Numbered from the stretch's first letter, positions 13,042 through 27,117 are shown. The stretch is DNA of 64,000 nucleotides from Eledone cirrhosa (GCA_964016885.1 OZ024742.1:33728001-33792000); one strand, 5' to 3'. Made by a program: numbers and translations. The notes: generated by a model from the letters alone, not told the origin.

Positions 13042-13670
13042 TGTATGTATGTATGTATGTATGTATGTATGTATGTATGTATGTATGTATGTATGTATGT
13101 ATGTATGTATGTATGTATGTATGTATGCGTGCATGCATGTATGTGTATATATGCATACAATTCCTCACAGAATGATTCCATTAATTATACTAGCCATGTT
13201 AATAGTGCAAAACAATCTAAGAATTACCGATCATATAACGTACATTAATCGTTAACAAGAACATTATCATTGGGGATAGAAAAACTGTCAATGGTCAAAA
13301 ATTCAAACCGGGTGGTAACTTTGACAAAGCACTAATCCTACTTTTTTTTGTCACTAAAAACGGCTTTTATACACGTTACCAACAATCACTTCATTAACAT
13401 AAGACTGTGATGTTCTAGAAACAGCGATTGACCTAAGAATTTTGCAATCCAAAATAAACTGTAAAAGACAAATAAAAAATATATATGGAGAATAGCTTTT
13501 GTTTTACATATGCTATATTAAAAACTTGACTGGTTTCGAGTTTGATCTTTTTTAAAACATTTTTAGTGATTCCTTGTCAGTCATTTATGTTTACTTTGTA
13601 ACTATAAGGTCAATGGTATAAGGCATCCTATATACCAACAATGTTTTTAGACCCTCACAATCATAATTAT

Positions 13671-13930
13671 AGGTGGCGAATTGGCAGAGTCGTTAAGACG
13701 TCTGATAGAATGCTTTATGGCATTTCTCCCACCTCATTGTGTACTCTGAGTTCAAATCCTGCCGTGGTCAACTTTGCCTTTCATCCATTCGAGGTCGATA
13801 AAAAAGTACCAGTCCACTACTCGGGTTGATTCTCCCTCTATAGAAAATAACGCTTCATACCTGAAGAGGGTTGGGCTCCGCCAGGTTTAAAAGTGCCCTA
13901 GACACGTCCTATGACGGTGCCTTCGCAAGT
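13671..13930 (+). mobile_element. tRNA-derived SINE joined to a tail with a degenerate hammerhead-like motif (13855-13914)
   Basis: A box tggcagagtcgtt, B box gagttcaaatcc, central gtcaactttgcctttcatcc..gtcgataaa; then tcatac-CTGAAGA-ggg...ccc-ta-GACACGTC-ctatga. Confidence 0.7.
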
Positions 13931-14591
13931 ATTTATGGGATCTTTATATTTTTTTATCCAACAATAATTATGGTTGTTTCTTACTATTAGTTTGTGGTTA
14001 GATGTAATACACGTTATGCTGTGTTTTATGAAAAAATTACGACCTATTCATCCGTTCTTTAACTAGCGTGTGTATATTGTTTGATGACTCTGTCTAGTTG
14101 TTTATCGATCGCGTGTTGATGTGTTTCATTTTGGCGGTTATAAGTCAGAGAGAGTTATTCTGTTAGTGAATCTTTACGGTTCTGTACTTTCATGCTCTAG
14201 TGCTTTCTATTGAAAAGGAAGTTATCTTATTTGTGCATCTGCAACAGTAATTTTTTTTCCCAGTTTAATGTTCAGTTTTTTTCTGTTATCTTTATTAATT
14301 TTGACAAATTTTGCTATTGTCGATTATTATATTTTTAATTTTTCAATATATTCATAAGCATGTCTATAAGCGCAGGCATGGCGGTGTGACTAACATTTCA
14401 CTTTGCAGCCACGCAGTTTGGTATTCAGTCTGACAGCGTCACATGTAGGGCAGATACCTCATACCATAGACTCGGCTTGATCAATCCCCTCAGTTGCTAA
14501 TTTGACAGACGGAATCTATATATTCATAAAGCATGTGTGTATGCATATTGTCAACTAGAACATCTGACTGATAAACTGACAAGTCAGTCAA

Positions 14592-14672
14592 TCATATTGG
14601 TGGCCTCCCCACAGCCCCGGCAGACAGAATCGTGAAGGCGTTTCCCCAGAGGACGGCAAGGGAGACTTGCTG
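14592..14672 (-). mobile_element. Short CRE-like LINE 3' fragment
   Basis: Similar to 21580-21840 and 49190-49450. Confidence 0.55.
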
Positions 14673-14758
14673 GAAAAATTATGTGTGCATGTATGTAAGT
14701 CTGTATGTCTGTCTGTATGTATGTAAGTCTGTATGTATGTCTGTCTGTATGTATGTAT

Positions 14759-15285
14759 GGCAACCCCACCAAGGTTTCTTGGTGAGGAGGGTGACTTTGG
14801 ACATCCTGCAGGACTAAAAAGAAAACCTGTCAAAGGGCAAAGGATCTCTTAAGAGTCAATGGCCATCCAAAATCACCGGGAGAGATGACCCCTTAGCCTT
14901 TGTCAAGGCAGAATTCTAGGAGAAGGAAAACTCTGATATAACACCTGCAACCCTGATGGTATCCAATGATGTTGACTTGTTCTTCTTTTTGGTAAATATC
15001 ATCTTGGTTAAGAGAGTGGGACTGGCTTTGTGCAGTGCCTTTGCTCACTATAAAAGCTTCACGGCACAGGCATTGCTTTATATCTGGAGATCTCTCTGCA
15101 CTTGTCGTCACATGGTAGAATGGGCCCAGCACTGTGTCAATAATTGTCACAAGTGTAGTGTTTGTACCAGAGCTTTCAAGTCACTGGCTGCACTAAAAAG
15201 TCACACTCGTTCAGCGCATCGGTAGGGGTTCTCCTACATGGATATAAAGTAGTGGCCGTACTCGAAAACGAGTTGGCAGCCACCA
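14759..15285 (+). mobile_element. 5'-truncated RTE-derived element
   Basis: Matches 12133-12741; (TGTA)n tail. Confidence 0.85.
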
Positions 15286-15307
15286 TGTATGTATGTATGT
15301 ATGTATG

Positions 15308-15341
<34 letters not shown>

Positions 15342-15355
15342 TGTATGTATGTATG

Positions 15356-15840
15356 TGGTGAGTGTGTGAGTGAGTGAGTGAGTGAGTGAGTGAGTGAGTG
15401 TGTGAGTGTGAGTGAGTGAGTGAGTGAGTATGTGAGTGAGTGAGTGAGTGTGAGTGAGTGAGTTAGTGTGTGAGTGTGTGAGTGAGTGTGTGAGTGAGTA
15501 AGTGTGTGAGTGTGTGAGTGAGTGAGTGTGTGAGTAAGTGTGTGTGTGTGTGAGTGAGTGAGTGTGTGAGTGTGTGAATGAGTGGGTGAGTGAGTGTGTG
15601 TGAATGAGGGAGTGTGAGTGTGTGAGTGAGTGAGTGAGTATGTGAGTGAGTGAGTATGTGAGTGAGTGAGTGAATGAGTGAGTGAGTGAGTGAGTGAGTG
15701 ATTTAGTGAGTGATTGAGTGAGTGAGTGAGTGAGTGTGTGAGTGAGTGATTGAGTGAGTGAATGATTGAGTGAGAGAGTGTGTGTGTGTATGTATGTGTA
15801 TGTGTGTGTGTATGTGTGTGTGTGTATGTGTGTGTGTGTC
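15356..15840. repeat. (TGAG)n/(TG)n compound microsatellite
   Basis: Directly visible. Confidence 0.95.
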
Positions 15841-16261
15841 TACATGACTGTATCTTTGGTGACAGCTTAGAAGTGTTTTAGAGATCGATGAAATGAACCC
15901 CAGAGTTTGAAATATATACTGAAATCGATGTGATCGACTAAATCCTATCAAGACCATGCCCTACTATGACAACACTCCAATGACTGAAACTAATAAAGGG
16001 ATAAAAGGATAAATATTTCTCTCATCACATTTAAGTATTACGATTTTATCGCTTTTTTCAGATCATGCTTGATTTATTTGAGTTTGGATTTTTGTGCATC
16101 TCTTTTTATGACTTTAACCAAGCAACAATAAACAACCAGCCATACATATATGTTATTCACAATGTACCCAAAACAGTCATAAACATAAAATATTCGTAAG
16201 AAAATACAAAAGCTATTTCATTAAAGAGATCAAACTGCAATTGTAATTTCAATATATCACG

Positions 16262-16317
<56 letters not shown>

Positions 16318-17039
16318 TATATATATGTACGTATGGGTTATATCGAACATTTATTATAATGTTCGATTCGTTTGTAAGCAAACGGCCTGCTTTGACACAT
16401 ACACACACATAACAATAAATGTATGTATGCATTTATATATGTATATATATATGTATGTATATATGTATATATATATGTATGTATATATGTATATATATAT
16501 GTATGTATATATGTATATATATATGTATGTATATATGTATATATATATGTATGTATATATGTATGTATGTTGAAATATGAAATTAACGTCACAAAAACAT
16601 TAACACAAACACGATAAAAGTGGTTATGTTCCTGCCCAAAGACTCAAGTGTTTTTAACATTTCGGACGGGAAAAAGAGAGTGGAAATGAAAAGAAGAAAC
16701 AATAGCAAGGAAAGAAAGAGAGGTTGTAACGTGTATGTTACAGGGATAAGATATTAAAAATGACCAGGAGTAAGAAAGAAACAGAGCTTCGTGTTCAAGA
16801 GAGTGGGAAGTGAGGTATGTGTGAACCTGGCAGAGCGGCAAACGTCTGATGTCTAGTGGTGGGCCATGTTTAGTATAATCACTGATGAATAAAGTTTTCT
16901 TATTCTTACTAACATTAATAACCAAAGGATATTCAGTCTTTTAATATGACTTCTTTATCTACGGATCTGTATATTTATATCGCTATCTCATTTTCCTGTC
17001 TATCTGTCTCTCTCTCGTCACTCACTCACACACATAATT

Positions 17040-17204
<165 letters not shown>

Positions 17205-18095
17205 AAGAGATAATCATGTTTATACGAGATACCAGGAAAGATAGTACATACTTATATACATACTCTACCTCCATTATATAGTTATGATCAACTTTTAAAA
17301 TTGTATGCCTTGACATAAGTACGAGAAGTGGCCCTTGCTTTCCAGTTCAATCTGATCAAGTAGACCTCCGAAGATATTCTATTCGTGTCCGCCCTGTCAC
17401 GTTAGAGCATCTACAGCTATATAAATATTTCTCTCTGATTAAAATAGTATAGGAAAATTAAGCTACGACTTTTATCAGATTTTAGCGATCAAAGTTTTGA
17501 GCGGCCAATATGGATTTACAACGTTTTATCTGTACTACTATTTGCATAGACGATCTCAGATCAATTCTCTTGTCAGGCATGGGGGACATCAGATAGAAAG
17601 AATAAAGAAAAACATGTATGTCTTCAAAGATATACTAACTTATAAATATTATATGCGATGCATATCAATCTTTTTATTCAACGTAATAAATTATTCTTTT
17701 CTATTGAATTGCATTGATCTCGTTCGAGCAAAACGGATTATGAGCCGTGACTATCTCGTTCATTTAAGGTATCAAGGATTACATTATCTAATGTATATTA
17801 CGGTGTAATTTGAATGAAATTTGGTTTCTATTACTAGAGGCCCTACAAGAAGTTGCTTCAGTTGACAGTGTAGATATTGCATAACTACAACTTTTGAACT
17901 GACTAGCATTGTGTAGATTAGATTAACAAGAACTGGGCTCAAATCCCTCCCAAGAGCCAAAGCTATGAAAAACAAAGACAGGTGTTAAAATTGATAGTGT
18001 TTGTGTCAGTGATGAACCCGACAATAATGATATCAATATTGGCGTTCTACATGTATGATGACAAAGGTAATGATAATGATGATGATATGTACATT

Positions 18096-18245
18096 ATTTG
18101 ATCGATCTGGAAGGGTAAAGGGCAAAGTTGGCCTCGGCGAGTTTTGAACTCAGAACTAAACGATCTAGAACACACGCTGCACTGCATTTTGTCTGACACC
18201 TTAACAACCTTGCTACTTCACCGACCTATATTGTCAATCCACCGC
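18096..18245 (-). mobile_element. tRNA-derived SINE (diverged)
   Basis: ggcaaagttggcctcggcgagttttgaactcaga matches the family body and B box. Confidence 0.7.
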
Positions 18246-18673
18246 TATATTCTGCAATCTATTGCCATATTATGATGTCGATGATGATGGTAATAACATT
18301 AACACCATTATATATCAAGAAGCAAACAAAAACAAAATACTGTACAGTAGAAAAGTAATGGTTCACAGATTACAGACGCAATGGAGGGCTTGAAATGAAA
18401 ATACTGTCAAGTCGAAACATAAATCTGACGTCACACTGACTTTATGCTATATATTATACATAAACATATACATACAAATTCAGACACACATACACACACA
18501 TACTACAAAACCCAGAACAAATTGTGCTTCATTCTTCATCTTGCTAGTTTGAAAGCTTATGTAGAATGTTGTCATGCGATATACTGTATGTATGTATGTA
18601 TGTATGTATGTATGTATGTATGTATGTATGTATGTATGTATGTATGTATGTATGTATGTATGTATGTATGTAT

Positions 18674-19711
18674 GTCAGGTCACCAGTTGGTGCTACTGGT
18701 AACATGTATCCCAGTACAACCTGTCTCATGGTCGGGTCGTTGGCGACTAAACTGGCAACCCCACCAAGGTTTCTTGGTGAGGAGGGTGACTTTGGACATC
18801 CTGCAGGACTAAAAACAAAACCTGTCAAAGGGCAAAGGAGCTCTTAAGAGTCAATGGCCATCCAAAATCACCGGGAGAGATGACCCCTTAGCCTTTGTCA
18901 AGGCAGAATTCTAGGAGAAGGAAAACTCTGATATAACACCTGCAACTCTGATGGTATCCAATGATGTTGACTTGTTCTTCTTTTTGGTAAATATCATCTT
19001 GGTTAAGAGAGTGGGACTGGCTTTGTGCAGTGCCTTTGCTCACTATAAAAGCTTCACGGCACAGGCATTTTTTTATATCTGGAGATCTCTCTGCACTTGT
19101 CATCATATGGTATCATGGGCCCAGCACTATGTGTCAATATTTGTCACAGGTGTAGTGTTTGTACCAGAGTTTTCAAGTCGCTGTCTGGACTAAAAAGTCA
19201 CACTCGTTCAGCGCATCGGTAGGAGTTCTCCTACATGGATATAATGTAGTGGCCGTACTCGAAAACGAGTTGGCAGCCACCATGTATGTATGTATGTATG
19301 AGAGAGAGATGACCCCTTAGCCTTTGTCAAGGCAGAATTCTAGGAGAAGGAAAACTCTGATATAACACCTGCAACCCTGATGGTATCCAATGATGTTGAC
19401 TTGTTCTTCTTTTTGGTAAATATCATCTTGGTTAAGAGAGTGGGACTGGCTTTGTGCAGTGCCTTTCCTCACTATAAAAGCTTCACGGCACAGGCATTGC
19501 TTTATATCTGGAGATCTCTCTGCACTTGTTGTCACATGGTACCATGGGCCCAGCACTATGTGTCAGTAATTGTCACAAGTGTAGTGTTTGTACCAGAGTT
19601 TTCAAGTCGCTGGCTGGACTAAAAAGTCACACTCGTTCAGCGCATCGGTAGGGGTTCTCCTACATGGATGTAAAGTAGTGGCCGTACTTGAAAACGAGTT
19701 GGCAGCCACCA
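18674..19711 (+). mobile_element. Two tandem RTE-derived elements (18674-19282 full; 19301-19711 truncated)
   Basis: Near-identical to 12133-12741; each ends in (TGTA)n. Confidence 0.88.
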
Positions 19712-19873
19712 TGTATGTATGTATGTATGTATGTATGTATGTATGTATGTATGTATGTATGTATGTATGTATGTATGTATGTATGTATGTATGTATGTAC
19801 GTATGTATGTATGTATGTATGTATGTATGTATGTATGTATGTATGTATGTATGTATGTATGTATGTATGTATG

Positions 19874-20086
19874 TTCTTCTGGTTTTATAATTTCACAAAG
19901 TTTTACCAATAGAGAAAGAGTCGGTTTCTAACATAGATACAAGATTATCTCATTGGAATTTACACTTCAACTAGGTAGATATGTATGTATGCATGCATGT
20001 GTAGATATGGATGTTATTGTATGTGTGGATGTGGATGTTTTGAGTTGTATGTGTGCATGCGTATATGCTTTGTATCTGTACATGTG

Positions 20087-20090
<4 letters not shown>
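19874..20090 (-). mobile_element. R4-like family A 3'UTR fragment in the (TATG)n tail
   Basis: Matches 6327-6550. Confidence 0.82.
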
Positions 20091-20118
<28 letters not shown>

Positions 20119-20886
20119 TGTATGTATGTATGTATGTATGTATGTATGTATGTATGTATGTATGCACGTACGTATGTATGTGTGCATATGCGCATATATA
20201 TATATATACGGAGCTTTATATATATATATATATATATAAAGCTCCGTGATCGGAGGACAAAGACGAAAAAACTTGCCTTGGGATATTTTTCAAGCTCCAT
20301 TAAACAAACTATGTAACTTCACCTACTATCTCGTTGCTAATTATTTATTTATTTATTTATTTACCCCATCTATTCTTTTAAACTGCTTACTTCTCTTTTT
20401 ATTCCTACACATTTGTTTTTATGATCAGCAAGATGAAAAGAGTCAGTTATTGTGATTTACACCCAAAAGTCATTTATACATGAAAAACGCGAGGCTTTGA
20501 GGTGTGTGTTGTTTATGTAGTGAAATGTTGTGGGTATTAGTTGCAATAGATAGCAGTAGGCGCTAGCACCCAGTCACAGGGTAGTAGTAAAACTACAGAT
20601 ATATGTAATGAGTAATTGAATGCAAGAAATAGAATAAGTGCATCTTTTGAAGTATTTGAAGGAGATGCTTAAAGGAATCAACATAAAAAACAGAAGCTCT
20701 GTTATTGCATTTTTTCCATTAACTTTCAACTGCAACTCTCTTACAGAGATGAATTTATACATATATATATATATATATATATTGCTATATGTTTATATTC
20801 CTCTTTCTAAGACAGTTGAAAGTATAAGGAAAAAAGATGAAATCGAAAATGCAACTGGAGACGTTAAAAAAAAAAAATTTATTTGG

Positions 20887-20930
20887 TTCATTTACCGGTT
20901 TCGCAGTTCTTGTACTTTTCAAAAGTAGAA
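20887..20930 (-). ncRNA. Type I hammerhead, U3-A8 core variant, in a short repeat (~20780-20960) between (TA)n tracts
   Basis: Minus strand: ttctactt-TTGAAAA-gta caagaac tgc-GAAACCGGTA-aatgaa; homologous to 61532-61575; stem I weak. Confidence 0.5.
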
Positions 20931-20957
20931 TTGAGATGGAGGGTTTGTGGTTTTTCT

Positions 20958-21012
<55 letters not shown>

Positions 21013-21096
21013 CTGTAAACAAATATATCTGTTACAACACGCACACATATATATATATGTTACACACACACACACATATATATATAAATAACTGTG

Positions 21097-21195
<99 letters not shown>

Positions 21196-21579
21196 AACCT
21201 AGAAAATATAAGACGGATATAAATATAGGAAAAGTGATACAGCAGAAACAACATAAAGAAAAAGTTGAATTAAGTTGACAGGCAATAAACGTATATAATC
21301 GAGAAATACACACAACAGGTCAATGTAGGAAACTCTACCTTTAACAAATATTTTAAGGTGCTAGGAATAACAACAACAATATAAAAGACTGGATGATCAT
21401 GGATGGAATGCTTCTGATTATATGTCTGCGAGCCGATGGTTGACAGGAACTAAACAACAACAACAATAGCAAGCTTCGACACTGTTCTCAGTAGTTAATA
21501 AATAATTACTTCTTTTTGTTAAGCTTAAGTGACTTAACTTATTTTATTTACAATAGTTTATAACTTTGCCTATTAATCC

Positions 21580-21840
21580 GTATGGTGAGCAAATGGGGTC
21601 CCACGTGCTGGCCTCCCCACAGCCCCGGCAGACAGGATGGAGAAGGCGTTTCCTCGGAGGATGGTAAGGGAGATGCGCTGGAAGAGCCATTCCAACTCGC
21701 GAGGCTCACACCTGCAGCTGGCCAGCTCAGCACATATAGTGGTGAATAGGGAGGTAGCCCTAGGGCCAAAGACACCAGAGGTCTCTTCTGCCATGGGCAC
21801 AACCGTGAACCTGTCGGAGAGCGACCGGTACTTGGGGAGT
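21580..21840 (-). mobile_element. CRE-clade-like LINE 3' fragment (RLE C-terminus)
   Basis: VVPMAEETSGVFGPRA...EPRELEWLFQRISLTILRGNA resembles CRE-type endonuclease ends. Confidence 0.7.
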
Positions 21841-21924
21841 TTGGCCTCAGTTTATTTATATAAGAATACGATATCAGATCACAAAGGTGGAATCCGTAAA
21901 ACATCAGATGAAATTCTTCCAGGT

Positions 21925-22155
21925 TAAAATGTCTCAGGAAAGAATCGCTGGAAATATTTTACAGGCAAAACCAACCGGCAAGAGACCCAGGGGTAGACCA
22001 CGAACAGGAAGATGGTTGGATAACATCCATGACCTTGGCTGGTCACGCTTGGGGAGCCAGCCGGATCATTTGGAAACGGTTGCTTCTGGCAGGACCCGCT
22101 GGAAGGAGTGTTTGAGGACTCTGCCGCTACGACTCTCTCAGGAATAAGTGGGCGA
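21925..22155 (+). mobile_element. RTE-clade LINE 3' end
   Basis: MSQERIAGNILQAKPTGKRPRGRPRTGRWLDNIHDLGWSRLG...RTRW is the typical RTE C-terminal GxRxRGRPR..W motif. Confidence 0.8.
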
Positions 22156-22575
22156 ATATTAATAAGATTTATTTATTCCGAGTAAGAATCTTACTGAGGT
22201 TGACTTTGCTTTCCATCTTCTTACCCACCCCAAGTCAATAAAACAGGCACCAGTTACTGTGTTAAGAGTTAATAGGCTGCTCATCGGACGAAAACTATTC
22301 TTATATTCTTGAATAGTAAGAAACTCGTAGCTAATCGCTATTTTGTCAAATACAATTCACAGTCGTTTGGTAGTGTAATTCATTAAATCATGGAGTAATA
22401 GATGATTATGCACAACTCAATGTATATTAGAAGTCAAAGATACGTTTAAATGAGGCGGTAATCTACCAGATTCTAAATTTGGTTGTTCTATGGTATTCTT
22501 TAACTCTTATTTGGTCCAACGGCAAACACATTTACATGAAAATCGAACTACTACTTTCTACTGTATGTATGTATG

Positions 22576-24857
22576 TTCTTCTGGTTTTATAATTTCACAA
22601 AGTTTTACCAATAGAGAGAGAGTCGGTTTCTAACATAGACACAAGACTCTCTCATTGGAATTTACACTAGGTAGATATGTATGTATGCATGTATGTGTAG
22701 ATATGGATGTTATTGTATGTGTGGATGTGTATGTTTTGAGTTGTATGTGTGCATGTGTATATGCTTTGTATCTGTACATGTGTATATGCAGTTATTAGAT
22801 GCAACATTTTTGGAATGTTTTACATATTTTTACTGTTCCATTAATGGATTGTACTTGTAATTTCCTAACTAGTTGTGTTCTTTCTGTTCCTGTGAAACCT
22901 AGCTTCTCAAGATTTGTATTGAGGCAGTTACTAACATATCCCAGTGCCCCAATAATCACAGGCAAAAATCTGAAGGTGTAATCAGGTTGGAGTATCTGCG
23001 GATTCCTCATCAGTTCTGCATAAATATTCTCCTTTTCAATCATCTTTGATATTATATTGGCAGCTGCTGGACAGCTAATTTCCACTACTGTGCATGTTTT
23101 CTTCTCCCTGTCCCATATCATAATATCTAGTCTGTTATGCCTGCATTTTATTGGGGTTTTTCCTGGAACATTCCACCAGTACTCTTTCATATTATGTACA
23201 TGGATGTCTTCCACATTGTTGTAGCTTTTAATGTGTTTATTATCGGGGCTATCTTTTTTACGAACTGCATTGTACAGTGTTTTGGCCACTACATCATGCC
23301 TCATAGGTAGATAGTACCGCGGTGACATATTTGGACAGCTGCTGATGACATGGGTGATATCCTCGATGTTAGTTCTGCAGAGTCTGCACTTGTTATCACA
23401 TCTAGGTGTTTTGCCTGCATCCCTATCTCTTTTGTGAATCAGGTATTTCGTGCTAATCTCCTGTTCCTGGATTACAAAAGCGTATCCTTCAAAGTGGGAG
23501 CCAATACAGCGGTTGTTGGTCCAAGATAGACTAGTTTCCTTATCTATATTACTCTCACTCTGGAGCTTCCTGGCAACATATCCATGCATGATTTTTTGCT
23601 GATAGGCATGTAGTTTTTCATCCATGGATTCACTGCGATACTGCTGAGCGACATCCATGGGTGTGAGTTTTTGATTATCACAGGGAATATCTCTCGAGGA
23701 GTTCCTTCCCAACTCTCATGATCTTATCTGTTTCATGCAGATAGACTTGCTCGAGAAATGGGCTCCTACGCTTCGAGGTTCGTAGATGTTGTCGGAGAGA
23801 TATGATGCGACATTCAAATGTTGTCTGGACTGATGTTAGGCCTCTGCCTCCCTGCTTACGTTTCAAGTAAAGGCGGTCTATGTCACTGTTGATGTGGAAG
23901 TTTCCGGTGTTGTTCAGTATTTTTCGAGTTCCAACATCAATTGCTCGGATTTCGTCTATCGTCCAATTGAGTATTCCAAACGTTGGTGTTAGGAGAGGCA
24001 CAGCAAACGTATTGTGAACCACTGTTTTGTTTTGCGCAGAGAGTTCCGATGACCAGATCTTTCTTAATCGGGTGTAGTATTCCCTGGTTACGCGTTCTTT
24101 ATTACAAATACCCTTATAGGATATGTTCTCATCTATCCCCAGGTATCTGTAGCAGACCTCATCAGATATCGGTGAAACAGTTAGGCCTTTGATGACAATA
24201 TTGTTAGATTGGGTTGCTGTTTTTCTCCGCTTTACAGTCATGTATGAGCATTTATTTTGGCCAAACTCCATTCCTATATCCTTTGAGAACGTTGTAACCA
24301 GGTCAAGTTTTTTCTTCATCCCATCCATGATCTTGGCATAGAGTTTCAGATCGTCCACAAAGAAATTATGGGTTAGGTTCGTATTTCTGTCCTCCTGTGA
24401 GTCAATGACGTATCCCTCACATTTCTTGAGCAGAAAGGACAAGGGGTTTAATGACAAGATGAATAATATCACAGAGAGACTGTCCCCCTGAAATATACCC
24501 CTGCAATATTTTATTTTATCAGTGAAAATAGAGTCTCCCTCTCTGTCTTTAACCTTAGGATAGTAGCCCAAGAAGAAGAAGACAGCCTCTCTATGGCTCT
24601 GATAATAATGTCTGGGACTTTAGCAAGTTGGAGGGCCTCTATCATCCAAGAGTGGGGCACAGAATCGAAATCTTTCCTGTAGTCCAGCCAGACTGTAGTC
24701 ATATTCCTCCTAAGTTGTCGCACCTCCGACATTGAAGTTTTGTTGATTAGGCGTTGTTCAGCACATCCCCAAACCCCTTTCTTTCCAGCTGCTTGTTCAT
24801 CTGTGATGATGTTATTATTTTCACAGTGATCTTGGAGGAATAGGTTCAGGCAGGTTG
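22576..24857 (-). mobile_element. 5'-truncated R4-like family A copy (2.3 kb, frameshifted RT-RLE)
   Basis: ORFs 23678-24571 and 22795-23712 nearly identical to 6559-8640; (TATG)n flanks. Confidence 0.9.
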
Positions 24858-25340
24858 TATGTATGTATGTATGTATGTATGTATGTATGTATGTATGTAT
24901 GTATGTATGTATGTATGTATGTATGTATGTATGTATGTATGTATGTATGTATGTATGTATGTATGCATGCATGTGTGTGTGTGTGTATGTATGTGTGTAT
25001 GTGCGTGTTTGTATGTGTGTGTATTTGTGTATGTGCATGTGTGAGTGTATGTATGTATGTATGCATGTATGTATGTATGTATGTGGGGACAAATACAACA
25101 GCTGAAATCAACCAATAAAAGTTTGCAACGTTCTTTAGTTCGCTCGTTCTGTCTTTCTGAAGTCTCCAAACCCTCTTGTAGACGTTGCCTTCTCTTTCCA
25201 GAGGAAAACATTGTTTTTCACTGGCCAATATCCTTAGTTACATGTTTTGTTGGATGATCTGAATCATGGTTTGTGTTGGGATCGACTTTCCCGCGCCTCC
25301 ACTGCCATCTCTACTGATAGGACGTTATTACTTCATTATA

Positions 25341-25450
25341 ATCCCGCCGAGGTTAACTTTGCTTTTCATCCTTACGGGGTTGATAAAATAAAGTACCAGT
25401 AATGCACTGGGTAATTGCTGGCCTTGTCCCAAAAGTAGAAACAATTATAT
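25341..25450 (+). mobile_element. tRNA-SINE 3' portion
   Basis: cccgccgaggttaactttgcttttcatcc...aagtaccagt...ggccttgt. Confidence 0.75.
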
Positions 25451-26576
25451 ATTTACACTGTTTAATGATTTTTACATGTCAACTTGATATATAGTCATTT
25501 TTTATTGATGATCATTTGAGCAGCTGTCTTGGATAGGACACTACTGTATATGGCATGTCTATGAATGTATTCATTCATCCAAGTATGTGGGAGTGTCTTC
25601 ATTTGTGTCTAGATAAAGTTCCTATATATTTTCATGATCGCAAACTGACTGACTTATTTATTTACAGCTACACATATAAATCCATGTATTCATTTACACA
25701 CGCACACACATGTTAAACGAATACACTCACACACACACATACATCTCTTAAACATCATTAATTTCGAAATATCAGCTGCTTGATATCGAAAGTGTACATA
25801 GACACACATACATGTTCGTGTGTTACTGTTGGGGTTACTGATTGATATGATATAGGATGTTGTGTTTCTTGTAATTATACATACTAGCAGAAAAAACCCA
25901 CCCTTTCGGTGGTTTTCTGCTAGCATGTGTAATATGCATATTGATATTATACGCAAGTATATATGCATGTAGATATGATACATCAAATAAAATCGTAATT
26001 GACAATATACACAGAAATTGAACGAAGACTGTGTTACACTGTCTTATGTTATCAGTAACGTAATCCATGATACATTAAAAAAATACGTTATTATATATAA
26101 ACTGCATTAGGAGAAAATTAGTGACGGAAACATATTAATGTTTATTTAAGCGATCGCTAACCGGAAGTGTTGACATTTGAAAATTTTAAAGAAGTAAATC
26201 TTAAAATAAACAACAAAATTATTTATATTTAATCAAGAATAACGAAATTTAGTAGATAAATTATGTAATATTCATTCATTATTTATTCAACGTAATCCAA
26301 CTTATTTTACAAACGGGATAAAAAAATATTCTGGACACAGTCCCGCACTCCTTACTTTATTATAGTTAAAATGCAAATGGTGCAATAATAGGTTCTAAAG
26401 CGGCAACACAAAACACACTATCTGACGCTTAACAACAAATAAACATTTTTTCCCCCAGCTCGTTTCATTAAGTCACGTGACGTAACGAATTAGATCATCA
26501 ACTGAATCCTAATACATATACTTATATGTATATATATATATATAAATATCTATATCTATATCTCCCTATATATATG

Positions 26577-26646
26577 GACTAGAACTGTTTCATTCGTGAG
26601 AAATCATCAGGAATGATGATTTCTCACAAATGAAACAGTTCTAGTC
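26577..26646. ncRNA. 70-bp palindrome of two divergent truncated hammerhead cores
   Basis: Minus: CTGATGA tttctcacgaat GAAACagttctaGTC; plus: aTGATGA tttctcacaaat GAAACagttctaGTC; stem I 5' strands missing. Confidence 0.5.
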
Positions 26647-26744
26647 TTGTAGAAGCTTTTCTATATTAAAACATTTATACTCTGCTATGTATTGAGTACC
26701 TTACTTACTGTGGTTACCCCTGATTCAACCCGGAATAACTTCAT

Positions 26745-26830
26745 GAGGTTGTGAGTTCGATTACCGGACCATGCGATGCGTTGTGTCCTTGGGTAAGACA
26801 CTTTATTTCACGTTGCTCCTTCTACCTGGA
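26745..26830 (+). mobile_element. Second tRNA-derived SINE family (CORE-like body), fragment
   Basis: B box gagttcgattacc, then gttgtgtccttgggtaagacactttatttc; related minus copies near 49800-49960 and 53890-54000. Confidence 0.6.
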
Positions 26831-26954
26831 GTTGCAACCGATAGATAGTATTAGCAATTGGAAAGACCAATGGAAACATTATTTCTATGGTCCGATTTGA
26901 CGAAAGTCGATCGACTGTCTGTCTGTACATAATACATATATATATATTTCTGTA

Positions 26955-27117
26955 TATGTAACAAAGAAAGTGTGGTAATAAACCAGATGGTCCATAACGC
27001 ACCAGAGTACTTGATACTTAGGGTATTAGAGTGGGTAATAGGAAAGGAGTCAGGACCCCCACGGCTGAGCTCCGGCCGTTGCGACAGCTAGATCCGGATC
27101 GGGGTCCTGACTCTTTT

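Noticed and set aside
17784-17975. Possible minus-strand exon (ALALGRDLSPVLVN...)
   Set aside because: Acceptor-like site present but the donor is weak and there is no recognisable homology; insufficient support.
25085-25320. Non-repetitive segment with short minus-strand ORF starts
   Set aside because: ORFs run into microsatellite; no clear splice signals or homology.
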